The translations under genes and the position numbers were made by a program. Of a stretch of DNA of 64,000 nucleotides, positions 1 through 11,045 are shown one piece after another. The notes under the pieces are model-generated. The model was given only the letters and a program-made list of their open reading frames with translations. It searched no databases and had not been told where the DNA came from. The stretch is from positions 44,679-108,678 of the forward strand of contig JAHPZI010000015.1 in assembly GCA_019058295.1 (NCBI GenBank), written 5' to 3'. This DNA is from Promethearchaeota archaeon. Its GTDB lineage: Archaea; Asgardarchaeota; Lokiarchaeia; Sigyniarchaeales; SOKP01. Numbering within the stretch: position 1 is the first letter of the stretch; each line of letters starts with the position of its first letter.

Positions 1-14
1 ATAAATATAAAGAA

Positions 15-3000
15 TTATTTAATTATTTTTGCTCCACATCGAGTACAGAAATTTTTGCATAACTTTAAATCTGCGCCACATATGGTGCAAAAATGAGGAG
101 ATTGTATTGGTTTACTTAGGGTTTGTGTCGACTGGGTCTCAGAGGGATATGTATGAAGTGTAGGTGGTAGTGTAGGGGATGTTATATCCCTTTCTGGCAA
201 TTTTCCTTTTTTCTTAACAATTTTAATAATTATAAAAGTTCCTGCAACTCCTGCTCCAATGAGAACTGCCGAAATCATAATTAGACTTACCATATCCATA
301 TCATCTCCGTCATCGTCTCCCCCTCCTCCACCTCCTCCTCCACCTCCACTTGGAGTTCTATCACTTCCAGTATCGGTTAATGATACTTTATAACCTAAAA
401 CTCTGATATCGTCTATTAACCATCCTCTATAATCATTGTCATATTCGTCCCATGTTTCAAAATAAAACATTAATTGAATTAGTCCCATATCAATTAAATC
501 GCTTATATCAATAACCAAATTTTCCCATGGATCAATATTACTCCAATTGAAATATCTCATATAATAATAACCAGTTTCAAAGGAATAAATATAGAGATAG
601 GAGGTATCTGAGAATTGATCAGTTTCTCTCCAATGATAAAAATCTAAAAATACATATTCATAGCCAGATATGTTAAATGGAATACTTCTTATTTCTCCAT
701 ATACTGCATTTCCCGTATCATAATTTCCTGTTTCTTCATCTCCAAACCACATCGAATGCGTAGGAGAATGACATGGATAGGGCCATAAACTTCCAGTATC
801 AGTTAAGTGCCAAAGTCCCGAAATTAAGTCCCATTTTGAGAGATCATTCTCAAAATTATCTTCGAAAAGAATATCAGGTCCTATTACTTTTGGTCCTAAA
901 AGTGGACCAAGAGAACTTGATCTTTCAGTATCAGAACAAGCAAACGAGTAACTATATGTTCCTACTTCAGGTAAAGTGATACTATAAATGTATAAACATC
1001 CATCCATGTAATTGTTATCCAAAGGATCTTGTTTAATCATCAAGAATATCATATGATTTATTGTTAGGGTCACATATTCAGCTAGATTATTATCTGCATC
1101 TGTGTAAATTACAGAAAATTCAAAATAAGTAAAGTTTAGATAACCAATATCAGGATCAACATTACCACTGGTCAAGACAGGAGCATTAATATTACCTCCA
1201 TCAAAAACCGATGGACCAATAATAAGCTTGGTTGTATTAGTAAAGAGCCCATCAAAACAATAAAAGAAATACTCATAAATTCCAGGCTGTAAATAAATCA
1301 ATGATTGATACATACACCCATCTGTATAATCATCGTCTAGTAGATTTTGTTTTTCCATTGGAAATGCTGTTCCATTAATTACAACATTGATACCATAAGG
1401 TCGATTATTGTCTTGATCTGTATATAACACACTAAAGGCAAATTCTGTGGTTTGAAATCCTGATGATGGAGAAAGAAATTCATCTGTTAATTTTGGAGCA
1501 TAATCATTTATAATAATATCAAATTCAATATTAGAATCTACGAATGTAAAAGTGTAATCATTAAGATATCCCATAATATCTTCCCAGTAAAATGTTCCAT
1601 CTAAAAGAATTCCTGTGCTTTTTTCATACCAAGCAATTCCAGGGGTTTCCAAATCTTCAAGTACCCAAACCTCAACAGGTCCCACTCCAGGCAGATTATA
1701 TAATAGTTCACTTGTTATTTGGAAATCATGGTCACCAATACCATCAACAGTTATCGGGATTATATCATTGAGCTCAACATCTGTATGAATCCAAGCAGGC
1801 GTATGTGATCCATCAACGAAAGCAAGAGAGCCATAACAATCTTCGATAATTCTCGTCTGTTTATCAATATCCCAGTAACTTTTACCATAAAAATCTTTCT
1901 CCCATTCTACATTGTAAATTTCACCTGATTCATGAGAATATCTGAAACTTGAAGGAACATCTGGTTGACCCCAAATGCTGAATAAATGGTTAATATAAAG
2001 ACCATCGAATATTCCAATCATTTTTTCCACAGTTGGTCCAGAATAAGGTCCATCGATATCAGTAGACTTGCCATCAAAACAGTTGAAAATGTAACTAAAA
2101 GTTCCGATTTCATTGAAGATAATATCATATATATAAATACAGCCATCCATGTAATTATTATCCATATAATCTAGTTTTACCATAGGATAAGTCACTGAAT
2201 TTATCGTTACATTGATATCCTTTGGAGCGTTATTGTCTGCATCTGTATATATTACTGAGTATCGAAAAACCGTAAGACCTTTATAACCATTATTGGGATT
2301 AACTTCTCCATTACTCAGTAAAGGAGGATTATCATTACTTTTTTCTAAAACTGTTAGATCGGTATATTTCTTAGTGTAATTAGAGTATAAATAATCTGTA
2401 CAATTGAATGAATACTCATAACTTCCCGGTTGTAAATATGTTGAAAATTGATAAATGCACCCATCAGTATAATCATCATCAAATTGATTTTGTTTTTGCA
2501 TTGGATAAACAGTGTCATTGATTATTAAATTGACATAAAAGGGAAAATTATTGTCTTGATCAGAATAATTAACTTTAAATGTAAACTCAGTCATTTGGTC
2601 TCCAGATGTGGGATCCAAATCAACATCAGTTAATTGAGGCTCATAATTATTCTCGAAACAAGTAAAATATATTGAGAAATCATCAGTCGTATCCGTCAAG
2701 CCCTGATAATTATTGTAAAACCGTGTATCAACGCCTAAATTTAAACCGCAAGTATAACCATAATAAGAGTCTATGTATGAAATATAATCATAATTAAAAA
2801 TTATTTCCCCTGATTCAAATAAAACTACTTGGAATGTTCCAACTCTCTCTCCATAATAATGATCCATGTCAACCCATGATACAACCCAAAAATCTTCAAA
2901 TGATTGAACATAAATCTCACCGCTTCCCCACTCAGGATCGAGATCCGCCCAATGAGGTGCAATTAAAAAGTGAGTGCTAGGATCTGCTGAAGGTATTGGT

Positions 3001-5897
3001 GGAGGAATATATTCATCAGGACTAGAATCAGCAAAACTAAGATATCCATTAGACCCTACATATATAGTGGAAAAATTGTGTTTATAGAATTCAAATTCAA
3101 ATGGTAAAGTTTGTGCGGAATATCCATCATCAGATAAGAATAATTCCGTACCTCCTGAGGCATCGATCCAGTTATATGGAAAGTCGATTAACATCATATA
3201 TTGGTGGAAACTCGTTACATGCGGTCCTATATAAGGTCCATCTGAACCTAGAAAATCACCATCAGAGCATGTAAAGGAATAAGAGTAGACTCCTGGATCA
3301 TCTAATAATGTGCTATAAATATATAAACAACCATCCGTGTAGTTATTATCCGTGTAATCTTGTTTATTCATTGGAAAAATATCTGAATTTATTGTCACAT
3401 TTACATACTTAGGAGCAAAGTTTTCAACATCTGAATATAAAACGGTATATTCAAATAACGTTGTTCCATTCACACCTCTATTAGGATTAACCTTTCCATT
3501 ACTCAAATCTGGAGCAAGACTATTAGTACCTTTAGAAACCGTAAGATCTGTGTGAGTCTTTGTAAAGTTTATATATTTCCCATCAGAACTTTTAAAATAA
3601 TAATTATAATCTCCTGGTTGTAAATATGTCTGAAACTCATAAAAACAACCATCCATGTAATTATTATCATCTGAATCTTGTTTTTCCATAGGATAAGACG
3701 TTTCATTAATTAAAACATTGATATATGCAGGAGGATTATCATCAGCATCAGTGTATTCTACATTAAAAGTTAAGAGTGTAGTTTGATCTCCCGATGTGGG
3801 TGAAACTGATTCCGATGTTAGTTTTGGTTCAAAGAAATTAGGTTGAGCCATAAGAGTCGCTGTAGGATCACCAAATAGATTAATTTGATAATAGCACCAT
3901 CTCATTGCTTCCTGAGAAATATAATTAATATTATCTTCCTTAGAATCCTGATTTGCTGGCCCAATTTGAATAATGTTTTCTTTAAAAATTGCATCGAAAA
4001 ATTGCCGATCGTAGTATTGAGACGCACCATCAGTACCGTAAGGATCTCCCCATCCATACCTGCTGTTTCCAATAAATGCAAAAGAACCATTTTCCATATT
4101 TACGAGATGTTCTACTATACAATCATAATCGTTATACATCATATAAGGATCTCTATTATCAAACGCCCCATCATAACAACCTTGGCTGTAGCCAAAAAAA
4201 TATTTATCATTTTTAAGGTTATCAACATCATCATTATACATTTTTAGAACATAATCATTTGCTGCATGTCCTAGATGATTTATTATGTGGTATCCTTGTT
4301 CTATAAGATCTATAATATCATATTTATCCCATCTATCAGGATCGATATCACGATCATATATTGTATCTACCGTGAAATCAGTTCCGTTAAAACCAGAAGT
4401 TGAATAACCATTTGTGTTGGAACCATCTTTTATCTCATCTTTATAATCCGAACCCCACACAGGCCAATAAAGATCTTCTCCAGCCATTAATGCCTTTGAT
4501 AAATAGGGATCATTAATCATTTCATGAATAAGTGTTTTCCTAACAAAATTTGCAACTTCTTCCTCGGAATCAACAGGTGCTCTTCCTACATACACTTCAG
4601 CATAGAGATCTTCTTCACCAGGCTCCCCCCAATATCCATCTTCGTCATCATTCCAGGTTCCATCTAATCCAGCATAATATAAATCAGAAGGGATATTACT
4701 ATCAACATCACCATAAGCAGTTGCATATAGCCCTCTTGAGGGAACAATTGGACTCTCACTTTCGCCACCTAAATTTGCACCATCTCCATCACCTCCAAGA
4801 AGGATATATTGTGTACCCCAATCATTATATGCATCAATGATAAAATTCCGTATCTTTTCTTGATTGTCATCACCAAGATAATTAGCGTAAATATATTCGA
4901 CTGTAGTTATATTTGTGGTAATACCGAGTGATTCTTTATAATCAGCGAGGTCTTGAAAAGTAAAAGCTTCATTTGAGTTCTTTAGAGCCTCATTTGTTAT
5001 GATGACATAATCGTATGAGGCAGGTGGTAAACTTAGAGGTGATATTGGAGAATTTTCAAGATTTTTGTTTGAAATATATGTGTCAACGAGTTCTGGATTA
5101 TCCACAGTTTCTAAGACATGTTTTTCGTCTCCTTCTCTACCTTTGAATAATGAATTACAATTCATATTTTCAACCAAATTTACTTGAACTATAAAATCTT
5201 TAAAGTAAATAATTTTACCAGAATATGGAATATATTTCACTGGATAAATATTTAAGATCAGAATTCGATAACCTTTTAATTCATATACTCCCACTATTGA
5301 ATAAGGTTTATCTGGATGAGGATGTCTAGATTGATAAATTACCTCATCAATAGTAAACTCAGGTATTGTATCTATACCAATTCGAATCTGTGCTTGAGCA
5401 GGTTCAATTTTATAATTACCTTCTAATATGTGTTCTTGACCAGAAATGACACTAACTTCATTTAAATCTTTTCCATAAGGTAATAATAACTTTAAAGTTT
5501 TAATTGGAAGTTTTGGATACCCTACTTGTCCAATATTTTCACAGTCATCCATGTATACTCTTTTATAAATGTCACCATTAGGGTATTGGATATCTTCTAC
5601 TTTTACATCTGATAAGGATAACTTAATTTCAATTTTATCTCCATCTAAACTCTTTTTTCCTTGATTTTTGGTTATCCAGGCATTCTCAATTTCACTCTCT
5701 TTTTGCCCGATTTCTCCCATGTTTGAGTTATATTGCTCAGATTCAAGAATAATATTCTCATCTAATTGGTTTTCAGTATTATGATCATCCTCATTGGTTG
5801 GAACTTGAGGAATAATAAAATTAGTATTTAATGATACTACAATAAACAATGACGAGATAATTAAAACTCGAAGTACCTTCGAATTCGATATATTCAT
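15..5897 (-). CDS. Giant membrane-anchored gingipain-family (peptidase C25) cysteine protease: propeptide, C25 domain, six ~100-aa repeats, NIDO-like and jelly-roll domains, C-terminal TM and zinc ribbon
   Basis: C25 motifs YVIIT, YILLGGD, SDLYYA, VYVGRAP, INHLGH (catalytic His), SQGC (catalytic Cys), NLFGDP. Hydrophobic signal segment follows the ATG at 5897 (ORF track starts at 5951). TM LIMISAVLIGAGVAGTFIII; C-terminal CTIC...CTRC. Confidence 0.88.
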   Translation of the reverse strand: MNISNSKVLRVLIISSLFIVVSLNTNFIIPQVPTNEDDHNTENQLDENIILESEQYNSNMGEIGQKESEIENAWITKNQGKKSLDGDKIEIKLSLSDVKVEDIQYPNGDIYKRVYMDDCENIGQVGYPKLPIKTLKLLLPYGKDLNEVSVISGQEHILEGNYKIEPAQAQIRIGIDTIPEFTIDEVIYQSRHPHPDKPYSIVGVYELKGYRILILNIYPVKYIPYSGKIIYFKDFIVQVNLVENMNCNSLFKGREGDEKHVLETVDNPELVDTYISNKNLENSPISPLSLPPASYDYVIITNEALKNSNEAFTFQDLADYKESLGITTNITTVEYIYANYLGDDNQEKIRNFIIDAYNDWGTQYILLGGDGDGANLGGESESPIVPSRGLYATAYGDVDSNIPSDLYYAGLDGTWNDDEDGYWGEPGEEDLYAEVYVGRAPVDSEEEVANFVRKTLIHEMINDPYLSKALMAGEDLYWPVWGSDYKDEIKDGSNTNGYSTSGFNGTDFTVDTIYDRDIDPDRWDKYDIIDLIEQGYHIINHLGHAANDYVLKMYNDDVDNLKNDKYFFGYSQGCYDGAFDNRDPYMMYNDYDCIVEHLVNMENGSFAFIGNSRYGWGDPYGTDGASQYYDRQFFDAIFKENIIQIGPANQDSKEDNINYISQEAMRWCYYQINLFGDPTATLMAQPNFFEPKLTSESVSPTSGDQTTLLTFNVEYTDADDNPPAYINVLINETSYPMEKQDSDDNNYMDGCFYEFQTYLQPGDYNYYFKSSDGKYINFTKTHTDLTVSKGTNSLAPDLSNGKVNPNRGVNGTTLFEYTVLYSDVENFAPKYVNVTINSDIFPMNKQDYTDNNYTDGCLYIYSTLLDDPGVYSYSFTCSDGDFLGSDGPYIGPHVTSFHQYMMLIDFPYNWIDASGGTELFLSDDGYSAQTLPFEFEFYKHNFSTIYVGSNGYLSFADSSPDEYIPPPIPSADPSTHFLIAPHWADLDPEWGSGEIYVQSFEDFWVVSWVDMDHYYGERVGTFQVVLFESGEIIFNYDYISYIDSYYGYTCGLNLGVDTRFYNNYQGLTDTTDDFSIYFTCFENNYEPQLTDVDLDPTSGDQMTEFTFKVNYSDQDNNFPFYVNLIINDTVYPMQKQNQFDDDYTDGCIYQFSTYLQPGSYEYSFNCTDYLYSNYTKKYTDLTVLEKSNDNPPLLSNGEVNPNNGYKGLTVFRYSVIYTDADNNAPKDINVTINSVTYPMVKLDYMDNNYMDGCIYIYDIIFNEIGTFSYIFNCFDGKSTDIDGPYSGPTVEKMIGIFDGLYINHLFSIWGQPDVPSSFRYSHESGEIYNVEWEKDFYGKSYWDIDKQTRIIEDCYGSLAFVDGSHTPAWIHTDVELNDIIPITVDGIGDHDFQITSELLYNLPGVGPVEVWVLEDLETPGIAWYEKSTGILLDGTFYWEDIMGYLNDYTFTFVDSNIEFDIIINDYAPKLTDEFLSPSSGFQTTEFAFSVLYTDQDNNRPYGINVVINGTAFPMEKQNLLDDDYTDGCMYQSLIYLQPGIYEYFFYCFDGLFTNTTKLIIGPSVFDGGNINAPVLTSGNVDPDIGYLNFTYFEFSVIYTDADNNLAEYVTLTINHMIFLMIKQDPLDNNYMDGCLYIYSITLPEVGTYSYSFACSDTERSSSLGPLLGPKVIGPDILFEDNFENDLSKWDLISGLWHLTDTGSLWPYPCHSPTHSMWFGDEETGNYDTGNAVYGEIRSIPFNISGYEYVFLDFYHWRETDQFSDTSYLYIYSFETGYYYMRYFNWSNIDPWENLVIDISDLIDMGLIQLMFYFETWDEYDNDYRGWLIDDIRVLGYKVSLTDTGSDRTPSGGGGGGGGGGDDDGDDMDMVSLIMISAVLIGAGVAGTFIIIKIVKKKGKLPERDITSPTLPPTLHTYPSETQSTQTLSKPIQSPHFCTICGADLKLCKNFCTRCGAKIIK
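880..3830 (-). repeat. Six ~100-aa coding repeats in three tandem A/B pairs within the C25 protease
   Basis: Recurring YTDxDNNxP...V.IN...YPM.KQ...D.NY.DGC.Y motif. Pairs lie at about 3830-3215, 2645-2030 and 1500-880 (boundaries approximate). Confidence 0.85.
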
Positions 5898-6197
5898 TGA
5901 GATCTTTGCTTTTTTATTTAAAAATAATTGAATATCATGTAAATATATCATAAGATCTTTTTATATCTTTGTAAAAAATATTGATGGCAATAGGTACTGA
6001 TTAATACAGTGGAAAAAATCCATAAAGCAGGTATAGAATATCCTTTACCATACCAAATTTCAACACCAGAGTTCTTTGTTAAATTAAAAAATCAATTAGA
6101 TAAGGCTAAAAAAGATTGAATAATTAGTGTTGTTTCCTTTTTTTAACATTTTATAAAATAACTCAAGATAAACCTTATAAAACGCTGATCAACGAAA

Positions 6198-6563
6198 TCA
6201 ATCGTTAAAATCGCCCAAATCTCTAAAATGTGAAATGTCGCCAGCTAAGGCTTTATTACAAATGTCAATAATCTTTTCGACAATATTATCCAAAACATTC
6301 CAAACTTTTATATAATTATCTTTATCCTGAAATTTCAAATCAATTTTTTGAGATTCATCGTCAATATAGATTTCCATGGCAATATCTTCATTTAATCCAC
6401 CAAACATCCTTAACATATCTTTAAATTCAATTTCAGATGCGAAAGTACCTTTTAACTTTTCGTCACTTTTTACGATTATGCTAATTACCATATCTTTCTC
6501 ATTTGCTTTAATTCGTACTTTATCTTCAAATAATGCTTTTGCGTCTGCCACAAATTTTTCCAT
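6198..6563 (-). CDS. Hypothetical protein (121 aa, acidic)
   Basis: Open frame with typical codon/aa composition, co-oriented with both neighbours. No motif recognised. Confidence 0.7.
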   Translation of the reverse strand: MEKFVADAKALFEDKVRIKANEKDMVISIIVKSDEKLKGTFASEIEFKDMLRMFGGLNEDIAMEIYIDDESQKIDLKFQDKDNYIKVWNVLDNIVEKIIDICNKALAGDISHFRDLGDFND

Positions 6564-6612
6564 TTTTATCTACTCATGATATATTTTTTTTTATTGTTTT
6601 TTACTATTTTCA

Positions 6613-8448
6613 TTATTTATTTTTCCTAGGAATAACAGGAAGGTCTATATACGATGCATGAGACTCATTTCGAGATATTGTGATCGTTGGCTTACCTTCA
6701 CCTTCATCGGGATATTGTTTGAAGGTATCTTTATCTGCTCCAGCAATAGCGATTCTTAATCTATTACCTTTTGGAATAAGAGCAGAGGTTGCACGAGTTC
6801 CAAATTTCACTTCCATTATTTCGCCGGGTACGACTGGTAGGGAGTCTTTTTTCTTAAAAGAGTGATAAGGGATCAAAGTCTTGTAGGGAGGTTGCTCTGA
6901 CGATATTTTTCGATGAATTAAACGTAAATTTCCATCGGTAATAAAAAATACGTTTCCACTTTCATCCACGGTCTCTAAATATGCATGAATCGCTCCATCT
7001 TCGTGTGTGGAAGATAAGAATAATGCTATAATAGGATGTCCCGTGATCTCCATATTTTCCTTAAGTGGAGGACTTGTATAAGTTAATAATTTCTTATCTG
7101 CTTTAGTTCTATTTGAATAATCTATTGGTAACCCTAGCAGGGTCCACCACCTATTGAATCTACCTGTTGTTGCTCTAAAATTAACCTTGTAATTATCTTC
7201 CCCTATTTTTTCTTCAGGTTTGGATGTTGATAAGGAGTTATTTTCTGTTAAATACCATCTTTGCCTTTTCTGCCCATTGGGGGGCCAAATTTGTGTCTTT
7301 TTCCACTTTTCTTCTCCCATTGTATAGTAATAAAGTGTTTTACCTTTAATTCCTTCACCATATAAAATTTTATTAAAATAATCAATCCATTTAGTAATGC
7401 GTTCTTCAGGGGTGGGAGACACTTCAACTTTACTTGGATTTAATGAATTGCCAATGTACATTCCTCCATGATTCCAGTCACCAATTATACATATTTGAGG
7501 ATTTTCCAAGTTAATGAAGCGATTAATAGCAGCATCAATATACCCAGAATCCAGCCATGAAATCCAACTTATAATAGGTATATTTGATTTTTCAAGCTCT
7601 TTTTTATAATGGAAAATGGAAAAATCATCTATTTTTGTTCCATCAGGGAGAATCTCATCCCTAAAATCTCTATCCTTAGTATGGTCGGATACATATTCAT
7701 TGGTTGAATGCTGTTTTACAGCTTCATTTAGTTGACTTAGAGCATTATCATTATCTACTGGTTTAACGCCTTTCATGATAAGCCATAAGATCGGCATTAA
7801 TTGTTTAAATGGTTTTGCATTATTGTTATCAAGTTGTTTTCCGAGAAAAGACCAAATTTGCATGAATGCTGAATCATAACAACCTCCAGGAAAAGCAACA
7901 TCGGTATATGGATCCCAAAAACCATGTCCTGGCATAACAGCCTTCACAGCAGGATGATTATTCACTCCAAGCAATTCTGCTGTTGTTCCTGGATAGGAAA
8001 TACCGTTAGACACTATATTCCCGTCTGACCACGGTTGACTAATGATCCAATCGGCAATATCTGCTCCATCTTTAATTTCTTCTTTAGAAAAGGGGAAAGA
8101 TCTGGTCCCATAAGATGCACCACAACCTCTCACATCGATGTAGACTATTGCGTAACCATGATTTGTAAATATTCTAGGAGTGGGTAAATTTATTAAAGTT
8201 TCTTTAAATATCCATCTAAAAGGTATACGAAGCTCAGCCGCCCTCCAATAACGTGTTTGATATAATAATGTAGGTATTTTCTTTCCAGCAGATAATCCTT
8301 TTGGAATACAGATCGTAGAGGCAATCTTCACTCCATCACGCATCTTAATGTATTTTGAACTAACTGTATAATCCTCATAATGAATTTTAAGAGTGGCTTC
8401 ATCTAATACCTTAAAAGGATTATTTTCTGAATTATGAATAGCAACCAT
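6613..8448 (-). CDS. CocE/NonD family serine hydrolase (peptidase S15 / X-Pro dipeptidyl-peptidase-like)
   Basis: MRDGVKI, TRYW, DVRGCGASYG, WSDG, nucleophile GISYPG, IGDWNH, C-terminal jelly-roll (LTYTSPPL...ITGHP). Confidence 0.9.
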   Translation of the reverse strand: MVAIHNSENNPFKVLDEATLKIHYEDYTVSSKYIKMRDGVKIASTICIPKGLSAGKKIPTLLYQTRYWRAAELRIPFRWIFKETLINLPTPRIFTNHGYAIVYIDVRGCGASYGTRSFPFSKEEIKDGADIADWIISQPWSDGNIVSNGISYPGTTAELLGVNNHPAVKAVMPGHGFWDPYTDVAFPGGCYDSAFMQIWSFLGKQLDNNNAKPFKQLMPILWLIMKGVKPVDNDNALSQLNEAVKQHSTNEYVSDHTKDRDFRDEILPDGTKIDDFSIFHYKKELEKSNIPIISWISWLDSGYIDAAINRFINLENPQICIIGDWNHGGMYIGNSLNPSKVEVSPTPEERITKWIDYFNKILYGEGIKGKTLYYYTMGEEKWKKTQIWPPNGQKRQRWYLTENNSLSTSKPEEKIGEDNYKVNFRATTGRFNRWWTLLGLPIDYSNRTKADKKLLTYTSPPLKENMEITGHPIIALFLSSTHEDGAIHAYLETVDESGNVFFITDGNLRLIHRKISSEQPPYKTLIPYHSFKKKDSLPVVPGEIMEVKFGTRATSALIPKGNRLRIAIAGADKDTFKQYPDEGEGKPTITISRNESHASYIDLPVIPRKNK

Positions 8449-8570
8449 CTTTTTTTCATTTCTTTTTAAATTAATTATTATATGTGTAAAAGTTATTTAT
8501 ATAGTTATAATCTTAATATGCTCTTTTAAAAAAAAATCTTTTTTAGCAATAAAGGTATTTTAAAATTACT

Positions 8571-11024
8571 ATGGTAAGTGAAAAACTACTTTATTTAGAT
8601 TCTAGTCAACCTATTGAAAAAAGAGTTGATGATCTAATTTCAAGAATGACAATAGAAGAAAAAGTTGCTCAACTCGGATCTCAATATGCTCCATCATTAA
8701 TGGAACGGACTGAACTATCTCATGATAAATTGAATAGATTAATGGGTAAAGGAATTGGCCAAATCACTAGAATTGGTGGCACTATGAATATAACCCCGGA
8801 AGAATCTGTTAAAATCGCAAATGGTATCCAAAAATTTTTAAAGGAGCAGACTCGCTTAGGAATTCCTGCTATTGTTCACGAAGAGTGTTTATGTGGGTAT
8901 ACAGCCAAAAATGCCACTGTATTCCCTCAAATTATTGGTGTGGCATCGACATGGGAACCAGAATTAGTAGAAGCTATGACAAGAAAAATCGGAGAACAGA
9001 TGCGTGTCGTTGGTGCTCATCAAGGATTATCTCCTGTTCTTGATATTGCGCGCGATCCTAGATGGGGTCGCACAGAAGAAACATTTGGGGAAGATCCTTA
9101 TCTTGTATCGCGGATGGGGGCAGCTTATGTAAAAGGTCTACAAGGAGTTTCTCTTCAAGCGGGTATAATTGCTACCGGTAAACATTTTTTAGGTTATGGA
9201 TATCCTCAAGGGGGCAGAAATTGGGGTCCATCGTTTATCCCTAAAAGAGAATTACATGAAGTATTCGCAAAACCATTTGAAGCTGCAATCCACGAATCTA
9301 ATATAGGTTCAATTATGAACTCTTATTCCGAAATTGATGGAATTCCTTGTGGAATTTCTCGTGAAATTCTGACCAATTTATTACGCAACAAACTTGGTTT
9401 TAAAGGTATGGTTGTTTCGGATTACGTTACAATTGAATTAAACTGTAAAATGCATCGAGTCGCTAAGAATACTACAGAGGCAGCTATCCTTGCGTTTAAT
9501 GCAGGTCTTGAAGTAGAGCTTCCAAGAACTGCTGGATTCGGGAGATCATTTGCCAAGGCTGTTAAAAAGGGAAAGGTTAGCGAAGAAGCGTTGAATCAAT
9601 CAGTTGCCCGTATATTAAAGAAAAAATTTGAACTTGGATTATTCGATAATCCATATGTTGACGATGATCAGAAAATACTCGCTAATGTCTTTAAGAATCC
9701 AGAGAATAAGATTTTAGCAAGCGAAATTGCTCGTAAATCCATAATATTATTAAAAAATGATGATAATCTTTTACCTCTTAACAAGGACTTAAAATCAATT
9801 GCTGTTATTGGTCCTAATGCTAATAGTGTTCGTAATTTACTAGGCGATTATACATATGTAAGTCAATTCGAAGCCACTGCGAGTAATGCTACAGGCGTAA
9901 GTGAGCTTGACGAGGAACAAGATGCTCTATTAAAACAATTATTTGATGATGAAGATCCGGACGCATTCACGAGGAATTCCTACGACATTAAAAGTATTTT
10001 AGAAGCAATAAAAGAAAAGGTTTCAAAAAACACGGAAGTCAATTACGCTAAAGGTTGCGAAATTCAAAGCGATGATAAAAATGGGTTTAAAGAGGCAATT
10101 GAATTGTCAAAAAAATCGGAAGTTGTGATTCTAGTAGTAGGGGAAAAAGCTGGATTGACAAGAGAATGTACGAGTGGAGAATCTCGCGATCGTTCTTCAT
10201 TAACTTTGCCTGGCGTACAAGAAGAATTGGTTCGGGAGATTTATGCAACAGGCACTTCAATCGTCTTGATTTTAATAAATGGACGGCCTCTCTCAATATC
10301 TTGGGAAAAAGAAAACATTCCCGCCATATTAGAAGCATGGTTACCTGGTGAAGAAGGTGGTGCTGCAGTTGCCGATGTTTTGTTTGGGGATTACAATCCT
10401 GGAGGAAAATTACCAATCTCTGTTCCTCGAAGTGTAGGGCAAATTCCAATTTATCATAACTGTAAACCTACTGGAGGAATTTCGGTATGGGCATGGAACT
10501 ATGTAGAAGAAAACACTACACCTTTATTTCCCTTTGGATATGGCCTAAGTTATACTCAATTTGAATATGATAATTTGGTAATAAATAAGCAAAATGTCGA
10601 CTCAAAAGGTACGGTGGAAATTTCTGTTGATGTTAAGAATGTTGGTAAAGTTCGCGGGGATGAAGTGGTACAATTATATTTACACGATAATGAAGCAACA
10701 GTTACGCGTCCTCTAGAAGAATTATTCGGATTTAAACGGGTAACCTTAGATCCTGAAGAAAAAGCTACAGTTATTTTCACAGTTTCAATGAAACAACTTG
10801 GATTTTATAACGAAAATATGGAATATATTGTAGAACCCGGGAATGTTAGCGTTTACATAGGGAGCATATTTGGGGATTTTGGACCTGAACTCTTGGAAAT
10901 GAAGGATCTTTTTGCTCAGAAAGATGTGAAACTGAAAGGTAAATTTAAAATTATAGGGGAAACTATAGATTTGAGTAAAGATAAGGAATTCTTTTCTAAA
11001 ATTGTTGTAAAAAAAAAGGAATAA
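8571..11024 (+). CDS. Glycoside hydrolase family 3 beta-glucosidase/beta-xylosidase
   Basis: MTIEEKVAQL, RLGIP, RDPRWGRTEETFGEDP, KHF, VVSDY (nucleophile Asp), PLFPFGYGLSYT, Fn3-like C-terminus (EVVQLY). No signal peptide. Confidence 0.93.
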   Translation: MVSEKLLYLDSSQPIEKRVDDLISRMTIEEKVAQLGSQYAPSLMERTELSHDKLNRLMGKGIGQITRIGGTMNITPEESVKIANGIQKFLKEQTRLGIPAIVHEECLCGYTAKNATVFPQIIGVASTWEPELVEAMTRKIGEQMRVVGAHQGLSPVLDIARDPRWGRTEETFGEDPYLVSRMGAAYVKGLQGVSLQAGIIATGKHFLGYGYPQGGRNWGPSFIPKRELHEVFAKPFEAAIHESNIGSIMNSYSEIDGIPCGISREILTNLLRNKLGFKGMVVSDYVTIELNCKMHRVAKNTTEAAILAFNAGLEVELPRTAGFGRSFAKAVKKGKVSEEALNQSVARILKKKFELGLFDNPYVDDDQKILANVFKNPENKILASEIARKSIILLKNDDNLLPLNKDLKSIAVIGPNANSVRNLLGDYTYVSQFEATASNATGVSELDEEQDALLKQLFDDEDPDAFTRNSYDIKSILEAIKEKVSKNTEVNYAKGCEIQSDDKNGFKEAIELSKKSEVVILVVGEKAGLTRECTSGESRDRSSLTLPGVQEELVREIYATGTSIVLILINGRPLSISWEKENIPAILEAWLPGEEGGAAVADVLFGDYNPGGKLPISVPRSVGQIPIYHNCKPTGGISVWAWNYVEENTTPLFPFGYGLSYTQFEYDNLVINKQNVDSKGTVEISVDVKNVGKVRGDEVVQLYLHDNEATVTRPLEELFGFKRVTLDPEEKATVIFTVSMKQLGFYNENMEYIVEPGNVSVYIGSIFGDFGPELLEMKDLFAQKDVKLKGKFKIIGETIDLSKDKEFFSKIVVKKKE

Positions 11025-11045
11025 AGAATTTTGTTAATTCTTATT

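Noticed and set aside
880-3830. Repeated DNA segments as CRISPR or mobile-element repeats
   Set aside because: They are degenerate, in-frame protein domain repeats with no identical repeat-spacer pattern. No cas or transposase genes are present.
5960-6119. Coding-looking fragment (VEKIHKAGIEYPLPYQISTPEFFVKLKNQLDKAKKD*) on the + strand
   Set aside because: Only 36 codons, with an in-frame TAG just upstream and no recognisable family. It may be a gene remnant but cannot be supported.
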